64,000 bases of DNA from Convolutriloba macropyga (Eukaryota), in NCBI RefSeq assembly GCF_964194025.1, contig NC_134469.1, positions 17,484,001 through 17,548,000 on the forward strand. The letters run 5' to 3'. Positions 12,961 through 24,600 of this stretch are shown piece after piece (the stretch's first letter is position 1; each line of letters begins with the position of its first letter). Made by a program: the position numbers and the translations under genes. Below the pieces are notes generated by a model. That model saw only the letters and a list, made by a program, of their open reading frames with translations, was not told the DNA's origin and searched no databases.

Positions 12961-14481
12961 TAAAAAATAAGGTGGTTCTAATTGCTGCTGAGATCAAAGA
13001 CAGGCAGCATTTTGCCTTGAGCAGTTAGAGGTCAACCGGCACATTGCCTAACGCAGTTTAACAGCAGTCTGTCTGAAATGCATGAGCAGTGTAAACAAAT
13101 CGAACGGCTCATAGGGCGCAAAATAGCTATTTATGGTGAAGTGGGACCAAACCAGAGTAATGCCTCGCACAAAAAACATGCTATTTTTACTATTATTTAC
13201 CACTGTATTTAAATACATGCTAGGTCCGGGCACTTTTCATTTCTTAAGAATTTTGTCAAACAAGTGAACTTTTAAAAACAATCTAAGGTCTTATCATGTT
13301 TGGTCATTATCTCGATGGGTGTTAATTTACCACAATTTTAGCAATTGACTTATTCCAGCTTAGCAAAACAACTGAACACATGGTTTTAAAAAAATTTTCT
13401 TGATCTTTTTCATTGCTTTATATCACAAAGTCGCAGTCAAGGGTCACCAGTTCCTAGTATTTATACACGGATCATATATATGAATAAAAACATATTCGGT
13501 ATTGAGTGTTAACAATCGGAAGTATCTAAATCACGTTTTATTAACAATTTTTCATCGCTCAAAATTTTTTATTGCTCTGAGTGTTTGATTTTTGTTTTGC
13601 CGTATATAGATACCCCTACCCCACAATTTTTTTATAAAATGTGGTTTGTTGCTTTCCAAAAAGTGCCAACAGATCTGGAAATTGAAAAATTAAACGTGAC
13701 GCGATATTTCCTAATAGCACTAAAAAAAGGGTGGTTCTAATCGCTGCTAAGATCAAAGACAGACAACATTTTGCGCTGAGCAGTTAGAGGTCAACCGGCA
13801 CATTGCTTAACGCAGTTTAACAGCAGTCTGTCTGAAATGCATGAGCAGTGTAAACAATTAGAACGACTTATAGGGCGCAAAATAGCTTTTTATGGTTAAG
13901 TGGGACCAAACCAGAGTAAGGTCTCGCACAAAAAACTTGTTGTTTTCACTATTATTTACCACTGTATTTCAATACGTGCTAGGCCCGGGCACTTTTCATT
14001 TCTTAAGAATTTTGTCAAAGAAGTGAACTTTTAAAAACAATCTAAGGTCTTGCCATGTTTGGTCATTCTCTCGATGGGTGTTGATTTACCACAACTTTAG
14101 CAATGGACTTATTCCAGCTTAGCAAAACAACTGAATACATGGTTTTAAAAAAGTTTTCTTGATCTTTTTCATTGCTTTATATCACAAAGTTGCAGTCAAG
14201 GGTCACCAGTTCCTAGGTTTTATACACGGATCATATATATGTATAAAAACATATTCGGTATTGAGTGTTAACAATCGGAAGTATCTAAATCACATTTTAT
14301 TAACAATTTTTCATCGCTCAAAATTTTTTATTGCTCTGAGTGTTCGCTTTTTGTTTGGCCGTATATAGATACCCCTACCCCACAATTTTTTTTACAAAAA
14401 TGTGGTTTGTTGCTTTCCAAAAAGTGCCAGCAGATCTGGAAATTGAAAAATGAAACGTGACGCGATATTTCCTAATAGCAC
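12961..14481. repeat. Tandem duplication of ~760 bp (2 copies), intronic
   Basis: taaaaaa..ggtggttctaat at 12961 and 13721; both copies end gacgcgatatttcctaatagcac (13720, 14481). Confidence 0.93.
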
Positions 14482-14516
14482 AAAAGAAAATACCTACATT
14501 TAAACAAATATTTTAC

Positions 14517-15506
14517 CTGGTGTGTTGAACCCAGCTCTTGCGGAGGAAACCGCATCCCACTTGATTTCGAAGTAGTCGAACAAACAGAAGCAGTGATCCT
14601 CGGTTCGATTCCGAGGTCCTCCAAAATTATCACACACAATTACAACTTGGTAGCTGTTGACCTCGTCAAGTAGACCTGGATATCGACTGTTTTTGTAGAA
14701 TGTTACGACATACGCAAACGATGCTTCAAAATTAGGCTCAAAGTCGTCAATTAGATTGGTCAAAATGTCCAAGTCACTCTGAGATGTCACTTCCCGTTTC
14801 ATGATGTTATTGACAAGGTTCGCATACTTAGTGGTGTTTCGGCCCATCAAGAGAAGCGTCAATTCGTCGTCTCGTCGGACGTTCAACTCGGATGCTCTGA
14901 ATGACATCGCATTCCAGTCTTCAATTGCCTGCTCCAAGTTCGGATCGCCAACATATGAATTTAGATAGTGATTATAGAAACCAGTAGAATAATGATCCAA
15001 ACGGTGATAAAGATCACAGATGTTTTCTCTCCAACCTGGGTAACTGGAATTGAAGCAGCCGTAATCGAAAATGTTTTCTTCAATGTCAGCGTCATCCAAA
15101 AACGGAGTTATGAATGTGTTTGAGGAAGACCACGACAGCATTGAATTGCCACTTCCAAGCGAGATATGACCATTCGTGCATACGTACAAGGAGTCAAATG
15201 TCAGGGTTCCAAAGCGAAATCTTCGACTTAGAAACTGTTCGTTCGAACAACCGTCGTCCATTTTTATGGTGAAACTGTCGTTGTGTTTGGGTCCAAAAGG
15301 AAGCACAAACGGCTCCGGCAAATCAGACAGATCAATTGGTGCCACGGTGACAGGGGTTGTTTTTGGTTCCGTTGCAACGTTTACAAAGTTCCCGTCTGGA
15401 TATTGGTTGAGTCGGAACAAGTAGATCCCGGGGATGCCACAGTTGCTTTCAACTGGAAGTTGAAAAATGTCTGAGGTTCTCGACTCTTCCAGCTCGAACA
15501 CATGAT
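14517..15506 (-). CDS. Coding exon 2 of the same gene (end of NIDO 1, linker, NIDO-like domain 2)
   Basis: Acceptor tactaatttgttcag ends at 15507. The in-frame join gives ...GFKSE-YHVFELEESRTSDIFQLPVESNCGIPGIYLFRL (NIDO C-terminal SNxGxPG..FR motif). Second domain YVCTNGHISL/FITPFLDD/NSYQVVIVCD/ARAGFN. Phase-1 donor gtaaaa at 14516. Length 990 nt. Confidence 0.85.
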
Positions 15507-16756
15507 CTGAACAAATTAGTAGTTTGAAGCCAATTTGTAATAATCTTAGATTTTTTTTAAGATTTCGTCAAAATCTTAATTTGACTAATTGGACGAATTT
15601 GACGTCAGCAGCCAATATTGAAGATATGTATTATTTCTTGCTAATATTTGCGGAGAAAAAGTAATTTCATCATTTAAAACTAGGTCAGCTATAATAAGCT
15701 TTAGTATAATTAATAGAGCTGGTGGCATAATTACAAGTCAGGGCAAGAGAAAACATCTAGAAGATCATAGCGGGTGACCAAAGAATATTGCTGTTTCAAT
15801 TATCTACAAACTTGAAATATTTGCTTTTGATAAACAGTTATTGAGTTTCAAGTTGAAATGCGTATGTATTCTATTAATTTGGGGAGAAACTTTATAAAGC
15901 GATTTGCAACATTTGTTGGAACCGAAAACGTCAATGACAAAAAACCTAATGAAAAATGAAAAAAGGGAGCTCGTGCAACCTCAACTTTTATTCTATTGGG
16001 CCACCTCAGAAATAATCAAATTTTCTGAATATTTTTCTCTTTGAGCTTCGTTACAATCGATCAAAATTTGGATTACATTTTTTCAGTTACAGAATTTAGC
16101 ATAGGGGAAGTCGCAATGAAAAAATACAAAGTTGTTGGAGTGAGCAGCAAAACCAACCTCAAACAATATGTTTTTTAAATTCGTCAAATCATCATTTTAT
16201 TTTTGAAATTTTGAAAGTAAATATCATATCACCTTCAAAACTCTCCACGCAGAAAGCTATTTTATAGGAGAATGTTACATGGGGAGTTAGCCGGTGATAT
16301 TTCCTCGATTTGATTTACTCTCTCAGTTATTATCGAAACCTGAGTCAAACTTCTAGAGTTTTTACTAGTCAGTACTACAGACTAATTGAGCATCAATTAC
16401 TGCGACGGTAATGTACAGTATAGTGGATAATACAGTTCACAAGCGCTAACAGCAAAAACCTAATATCCACACTAACTTGAAAACTCTGAAACGAATTGGG
16501 TAGTGAAAAGCTATCCTCGTCATTGATAGGAGATCATCCGTTACATAAAAAAATTGAAATGAATTGACAAAGAGATACTTCTACTTCACAACCTAATTTG
16601 CCTATTGATTGCCATTGTTAGAATCCATAAGAAAAAAAAGTTGAGAAGATATCAGTGAAATAGTTATGTCTTCTCATATGTTCTGACCTTACGATTAAGG
16701 CACCACATGGTTGCAAAAGAACACATGGTGGCAAAAGATCCCATTTTTCTACTTAC

Positions 16757-17747
16757 ATTCACTTTTGAATCCCATTCTGACCGTTAAGTCTCTGGGGTAC
16801 TCTATTTCGAAGTAATCATACAGAGCGAAACAATTGTCCTCTTCTCTGTTCACACCACCTGCTTCGTCACACGTGATCACAGCCTGAAAACTATTCGCTA
16901 GATCTACAAACCCATAGTATTCTTTTATTTTGTAGTAGGTGACCGCGTATGCAAAACTGGCGTTAAAATATGGCTCAAAATGGGACAAAATGTCAGAAAG
17001 AACTTGGAAATCGGTTTCATTAGTAACTTCCCGCTTCATAATATTGTTTGCCAAGTTGGGGTACTTCGTAGTGTTTTTATTCATGATGAGCAAAGTTAAG
17101 TTGTCGTCATTATGCACATTCAAATCTTCAGCAAGAATTGGCGTTTGCTCCCAGTTTTCAACAACAGGTTGCAACAAAGGATCGTAAACGTCTCCAATGC
17201 TTTGATAAAACTGTGAGTAATTACCATTAGGGCCATTTTGAAGCAAAAGAAAATAATACGCACAAATTGGTTCATTAATGTAATTGTTCACTTCATATTC
17301 AGTCAAAGTGTAGTTAAGACCTTGAAGAAAGTCAAGAATATAATGAATTGAATCCAAGCATTCGTAATCAAAGAGGTTGTCAACGATAAAAGTGTCAGCA
17401 AAAAATGGGGCAATAAACACAGCGCTAGAAGAAATGAAAGATTCATCGGGGTCATAGCTTGAGTAATCGTAGCCAAAAGATATGTACCCGTTGTTACAAA
17501 CGTACAAAGAATCATATCTGTCATCGCCGAATCGAAATGACCTTGTCATGTTCTGCTCCGGGGAGCACCCTTCATCGTTTTTCAGGTTGAAAGTGTCACC
17601 CGCTTTCGGTCCAAATGGTAACGCGAACGGTTCCGGCAAATCTCGAGTTAAACCACTGGCGTGACTTTCGGAAAACAAAGCAGTTATTGCGAAAATCAAC
17701 CCAGGCAATAAAATAATTTTAAACCGGGACTTGACAAAATGTCCCAT
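16757..17747 (-). CDS. Coding exon 1 of a secreted tandem NIDO-like domain protein (signal peptide plus NIDO-like domain 1)
   Basis: ATG in aaaaATG context; hydrophobic N-terminus MGHFVKSRFKIILLPGLIFAITALFSESHA. NIDO-like motifs FRFG..YDSLYVCNNGYISF, FIAPFFAD, FNASFAYAVTY, NSFQAVITCD, FALYDY. Phase-1 donor gtaagt at 16756-16751. Confidence 0.85.
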
Positions 17748-19604
17748 TTTTGATCAGCTTAAAAAGTAATCTGCTCAAATATGCTTTCGTAACGGCAAAA
17801 TTGCGGTTTTAATATCTATTCAAACTAGCTAAACTAACCAAATTTATAACTTTTAAAACTCTTTGCGTAATATAATTGATGGGAGAGTTCTTGGCAAGTC
17901 TCGCGCATTCTTAGTCTGCAATTTAAAATATAAGTTTGACCACTGGACCGCTGATAACAAAAAACTGGTTAAATAATAAGCGATTTTAAATAATAAACTG
18001 TTCATTTTAAGACTCTTAATTCGTTGACAGACTACGCTGTTCACTGACTTACGCGAAGCATGTGATTGTTTTGATAAAAATAGCTACGCAAAATTAGACT
18101 TTAGAAAAAAATAATCGAGAAGCGCTCAAAAACAACAAAAAGGAGAGCATGAAAAAGTATTTTAAAGAAAAATGAAAATCAGATTTATTTGATTACTATA
18201 AATATTTTTTAAAAGTCCACTTTGTTGTAGTTGAATTTTTTTAAAAGACAAATAGAGAAACAAGAAGGAGCAAATGTATTACTAAAGGCAGGAAAAATCA
18301 TTAGCAGTCATTTGAGGGATACTATATTTATCCGACTCTTTGTGGCTGATAAAAAAGTTACAAAAAGCATTTGTATTGGAAACCCTGCACTTCATCACAT
18401 CGACAAATCTCAATTGTAGAAAAGTTTGACTTTACAATAAGATTTGTGTATCAGCAAGTCTTTGGGAAAAACATTTTATATATCTAGAACTGAAATTTAT
18501 TGAGTAAATTTTTTGAATAGAGGGGCGCCGCTAGGATGTTTACGAAAATTAGTTGAATCTAAGTTTTTTGTTCCATTTTGGTTTCAATTTGTCTTGATTG
18601 GTTTCTTTGGGCTTTGTTTAAAATTTTCAACCGATCGCTAGAGCTTTTTTGACATTTTGGTTGACTTCCAATTCAAAACTCTCCAATAAAACCACAACCA
18701 CTGTTAATTTAGAACAACTATAATGTTTCCTTGTTTTATCTTGATAATCAAAAACACACCAAAATCTTCAAAAGTTGACAGTCATGTTTTTAAACTGTCC
18801 TGTTTTCAAATATACACTGAAGCAAACCGCTTTTATATGATTATTATTTCGATGAACGCTAAAAATCAGCAGCCACTCGATAAAATTGTTCAAATCTCTT
18901 CAAGGCCTTCAAAACAGAGTTGACAAATGAATCTAGTAAGTAAAAATCAGAGAGAGTTTATTAAAAAATTGTTGACAAACGGCCAATGCTGGCAAAACAG
19001 ACAAATGATCTTTTTGAGGAGAAAACGCTCAACAAGTCAGGCATAAGAAGTCAAAGAGTTGAATCAAACTACAGAACTGGCTACCTGGTTTATTTGATTA
19101 CAGGTAGTGTCTAGCTTTAAAAATTGAACTTTGAAAATTAAGATAAACAATCAAAAAGATCAAAATCAAATTGCTCTGCATTCAAATTGAGAATTCTTTT
19201 CAAAGAAAAATTTTTACGCAAATATTTAAATTTTAATTTCCTAAGGAAGCAGTGATTGGGAAAATTGGAAAAAAAATCAACTTCAAAACCTAGATATACG
19301 TTTTTAGGATCAAGCTTTTTATAAATAAACTCAAGTTTTTGTAGGGTAGTGATTGTTAGGTTCTTGAAAACAATTGGTCTCAGCATAATCAAAAACACAA
19401 ATAGTTTTCGACACCGTAAAATCAGAAATTTTCAGAACAATGAAAAAAATTCATGAAACTAACTATTAGATAAGAAAACAAGTATGACACCACTTAGGAG
19501 AGAATTTCAAATTTCCCTTAAAATTTCTTAGAAATATTGATTCACAAAAAATTTTCAACTCTTATTGGCGCACAAAAACATTAAACTCCGGAAGCAATAT
19601 AAAC

Positions 19605-19946
19605 CAGGTTGAGGTTCCATCCGAAAGTGACCTCTGATCAGACCAAGTCAAACGCACATGGTGTGTTCACAGACTAAATCTACGGGTCTGGGATTTGGTT
19701 CGAGCGCACAATAGTATGATCAGAGGTCACTTCCGGATTGTAATGGTCTGATCAGAGGTCATTTCTTTCTGGGTTGGTCTGATCAGAGGTGGATTCAAGC
19801 GCACATTAGTCTCATTAGAGGTGCTTCCGAGCTCACAATAGTATGATCAGGAGTGACTTTAAGCGCACAATCGTCTGGACGATGGTCTGGGTTTGGTCTG
19901 ATCAGATGCCATTTCCGTCTGGATAGGTCTCATCAGATACAGTTTC
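19605..19946. repeat. Degenerate satellite-like repeat with a palindromic tctgatcaga core, abutting the assembly gap
   Basis: About eight copies of (gg)tctgatcagag(g)-like motifs, plus repeated gcgcacaat and ggtctggg.tttggt. Confidence 0.75.
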
Positions 19947-20146
19947 NNNNNNNNNNNNNNNNNNNNNNNNNNNNNNNNNNNNNNNNNNNNNNNNNNNNNN
20001 NNNNNNNNNNNNNNNNNNNNNNNNNNNNNNNNNNNNNNNNNNNNNNNNNNNNNNNNNNNNNNNNNNNNNNNNNNNNNNNNNNNNNNNNNNNNNNNNNNNN
20101 NNNNNNNNNNNNNNNNNNNNNNNNNNNNNNNNNNNNNNNNNNNNNN
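19947..20146. other. Assembly gap (200 N)
   Basis: Run of n. Confidence 1.
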
Positions 20147-20813
20147 ACATGGCAAAAATGATGTCTGAATAATTTCAGTTTTTGATAGTTTTCTCCACAA
20201 AAGTGTGCAACAACTTGATTGAGGAACAGTAAAATGGAGAAGCCCTTCTTTATCAATTTTGCAAAGAAAACTTATTAAAAAACTCTTTATGTCCAGATAA
20301 CAAAAGAATAACTTCAAGAAACGTTACTTCGATGAGCTGTTCTGTCGCCTCTAAATAATTTAGTCTTATCGTAGTTGATACTCAGACAAGCGAAAAACTA
20401 CTATAAACTAGGCTACATAAAAAATTCTTTATAAACTCAACAAAGCTATTCGCGATAAAGCAAGAAAGCTGTTTTAGTCAAAATATTTGAAAATACCATT
20501 TCAGTTGATAATATTTTTCAAAAAGTAAACCACAAAAGAAACATGCGGCGCATGACGTAGAAAAAATTATATGCTTAAAAATCCGCACGTAAACAAATTC
20601 TCAAAAATCTTCATTGTTGATACTATTTAGTGTAGCTTTTGACATCGTAGTGTTTTTTTAGCAGAGTTTATTCGAGTGATTCGAGTACTGCTTCGTTGCG
20701 GGTAGTGACACGACCGCAAGAAGAACTATAACTACTGACTAGAGAAATCAAAGAATCTGAGCGGTTACTGAAAAAACACAAATGCGCTATACAAACAGAA
20801 GACATAGTAAATT

Positions 20814-20990
20814 TTGGACGAAAATAAGTAACTTGAAAAATGTTTCAAAAATGTATTTGATTTCTTATTGAAATCAGGACTTCCGAAATGAATTATTCTT
20901 GAACAACCACTAAATTTTGCTTGTCGGCCAGTCAATTTGATATCTATAAGAAACCAAATCTGATCCAATTTTTTTCGTAGTTTCTGAAAG
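20814..20990. repeat. Diverged single copy of array module D2 in the left flank
   Basis: ttggacgaaaataag...tttcgtagtttctgaaa matches the 3' part of the L monomers (e.g. 22591-22766). Confidence 0.85.
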
Positions 20991-21655
20991 TTTTTATATA
21001 TATTATATACCGGCTAGATATTAGAAATTATTAAAAATTTACTGTATATGTCGAAAGATTAGAATGCAAAAACTAAGATTCAAAAATTACACTATTTAAG
21101 TTTCAGGATCTCAAAAAAAACTTAAAACAAAAAGAATAGTTGTCAAATGACTTCATAAATGGTCCAATTCACTCAAAATTGAACTGAAGCAAACTTAAAA
21201 CATTTGATTAAACAAAACTTGTTAAAGGAATTAATCCTAAAATTTTCTATGGTAAAAAATTATTAATTCTGTTCGTAGATACCCTCAGAAGTGTCTCTTT
21301 TTGTTAATGAAAGAAGAACAAACAGTTGTCAGAAGCAACTGAACGACATTTGTGTGTACTTGACGTCCAAACTGGTCAAAATTATATAACGTTTTGTTTT
21401 GATATAGCTTTGGAAGCGAAAAGAACGTTATTCGGACACCAAATATCTTTTATTGAAGTACCCGCAGACCACGCCAAATTTTAGAGTTCTGGCCAGCTTA
21501 AAATTGGCACAGAATATTCAAGATAAAATTGAACTAATTATTAGAGTGGAATGACTTGAAAATTGGTGGCACCGTAAAAACTTAATTTCAATTAAAAAAT
21601 GTTTTTTTTGCATTGAAAAAATAAAAAAACAGAAATATAGTAAGCGCCGTCGAGA

Positions 21656-24600
21656 TTCATAATAGAAATGAAAGGTATAAACAAAAACACCTGAAAGTTG
21701 TACAAATTTATCTAAAAACTGTCTCTATTTGTTATCACAAATCTTGTTCTTGATGAATTGGTGCCTTTTTCGTAATACCTATTTTTGTTGGTACTCAAAA
21801 AATTTCTGCCGTCGACGAGGAAATGCCTCAAAACAGCTTTTTCCTGGTTAAACTTTAAAGATTTAGCACGTATCTGTTCCCTTATAGGTAAAAATTTTTG
21901 GGCTATTTTTTTATTTTTCTCATCACAGATAAAACACCATAATAATTTTTTGACAATCTTTAATTTCATCACAATTCAATGATGACAAAAACAAAAAAAA
22001 AACAAAAAAGTATCAAATCATCAAGAAAGGGCAAAATAGCAAATCCATTGAAAGCGCATAGTTGTTTCAGAGTTTACCAAAAAAAATGATCTGAAAAAAT
22101 TAGTCAAAATTTCAAAAATCTATGATGTTTTCTGGTTAATAATAGATTTTAATTAGCAAAAAATTATGTAATATTCAAAGTTCAGAACATTATCATTGGG
22201 ACAAGCGTAAATTAGCCTTCTTCGGAGTTTACCTAGATCGCCTTTGAAATCCGGCAAATTTAAACACAGGGGTCTAAGGAAGAATGTTTGATGCCATTTT
22301 TCATCTAAAAAGGCTGAATTTGGATAAGTTTAGTCAATATTTGAGCTAAAAAGTCTGATCTAACTAATAACACAATCAATAACCATTGTATCTTGTTTAT
22401 TTCAGCAAAATGGCTAAAACGACCAAAAATACGGAAAATGTGAATAAAAACAACGGAAATTAGTCATTTTTCACAATGTTTAAAAAGATATCCATCTTTC
22501 TCTGGACCCTGAGCGGGTTCTCAAATGATACCACTCACAACCCTCTACGATGAATATATCGATCGGCCAAAATTGACTGAGCAAAAAAAGTTGGACGAAA
22601 ATAAGTGACTGGAAAAATCTTTCAAAAATTTATTTGGTTTCTTATTGAAATCAGGAACCTGCGAAATGAATTATTCTTGAACAATGACTAAATTTTGCTT
22701 GTCGTCCAGTCAATTTGAAATCTATAGGAAACCAAATCTGATCCAATTTTTTCGTAGTTTTTGAAACTTTCTGCCGTCGACGAGGAAATGCCTCAAAACA
22801 GCTTTTTCCTGGTTAAACTTTGAAGATTTAGCACGTGTCTGTTCCCTTATAGGTAAAAATTTCTGAGCTATTTTTTTTATTTTTCTCATCACAGATAAAA
22901 CACCATAATAATTTTTTGACAATCTTTAATTTCTTCACAATTCAATGATGACAAAAACAAAAAAACAAAAAAGTATCAAATCATCAAGAAAGGGCAAAAT
23001 AGCAAATCCATTGAAAGCGCATAGTTGTTTCAGAGTTTACCAAAAAAAATGATCTGAAAAAATTAGTCAAAATTTCAAAAATCTATGATGTTTTCTGGTT
23101 AATAATAGATTTTAATTAGCAAAAAATTATGTAATATTTAAAGTTCAGAACATTATCATTGGGACAAGCGTAAATTAGCCCTCTTCGGAGTTTAACTAGA
23201 TCGCCTTTGAAATCCGGCAAATTTAAACACAGGGGTCTAAGGAAGAATGTTTTATGCCATTTTTCATATAAAAAGGCTGAATTTGGATAAGTTTAGTCAA
23301 TATTTGAGCTAAAAAGTCTGATCTAACTAATAACACAATCAATAACCATTCATAATAAAATGAAAGGTATAAACAAAAACACCTGAAAGTTGTACAAATT
23401 TATCTAAAAACTGTCTCTATTTGTTATCACAAATCTTGTTCTTGATGAATTGGTGCCTTTTTCGTAATACCTATTTTTGTTGGTACTCAAAAAATTTCTG
23501 CCGTCGACGAGGAAATGCCTCAAAACAGCTTTTTCCTGGTTAAACTTTAAAGATTTAGCACGTATCTGTTCCCTTATAGGTAAAAATTTTTGGGCTATTT
23601 TTTTATTTTTCTCATCACAGATAAAACACCATAATAATTTTTTGACAATCTTTAATTTCATCACAATTCAATGATGACAAAAACAAAAAAAAACAAAAAA
23701 GTATCAAATCATCAAGAAAGGGCAAAATAGCAAATCCATTGAAAGCGCATAGTTGTTTCAGAGTTTACCAAAAAAAAATGATCTGAAAAAATTAGTCAAA
23801 ATTTCAAAAATCTATGATGTTTTCTGGTTAATAATAGATTTTAATTAGCAAAAAATTATGTAATATTTAAAGTTCAGAACATTATCATTGGGACAAGCGT
23901 AAATTAGCCTTCTTCGGAGTTTACCTAGATCGCCTTTGAAATCCGGCAAATTTAAACACAGGGGTCTAAGGAAGAATGTTTGATGCCATTTTTCATCTAA
24001 AAAGGCTGAATTTGGATAAGTTTAGTCAATATTTGAGCTAAAAAGTCTGATCTAACTAATAACACAATCAATAACCATTGTATCTTGTTTATTTCAGCAA
24101 AATGGCTAAAACGACCAAAAATACGGAAAATGTGAATAAAAACAACGGAAATTAGTCATTTTTTCACAATGTTTAAAAAGATATCCATCTTTCTCTGGAC
24201 CCTGGACGGGTTCTCAAATGATACCACTCACAACCCTCTACGATGAATATATCGATCGGCCAATATTGACTGAGCAAAAAAAGTTGGACGAAAATAAGTG
24301 ACTGGAAAAATCTTTCAAAAATTTATTTGGTTTCTTATTGAAATCAGGAACCTGCGAAATGAATTATTCTTGAACAATGACTAAATTTTGCTTGTCGTCC
24401 AGTCAATTTGAAATCTATAGGAAACCAAATCTGATCCAATTTTTTCGTAGTTTTTGAAACTTTCTGCCGTCGACGAGGAAATGCCTCAAAACAGCTTTTT
24501 CCTGGTTAAACTTTGAAGATTTAGCACGTGTCTGTTCCCTTATAGGTAAAAATTTCTGAGCTATTTTTTTACTTTTCTCATCACAGATAAAACACCATAA

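Noticed and set aside
19853-20317. ORFs spanning X runs
   Set aside because: Artefacts of the N gap.
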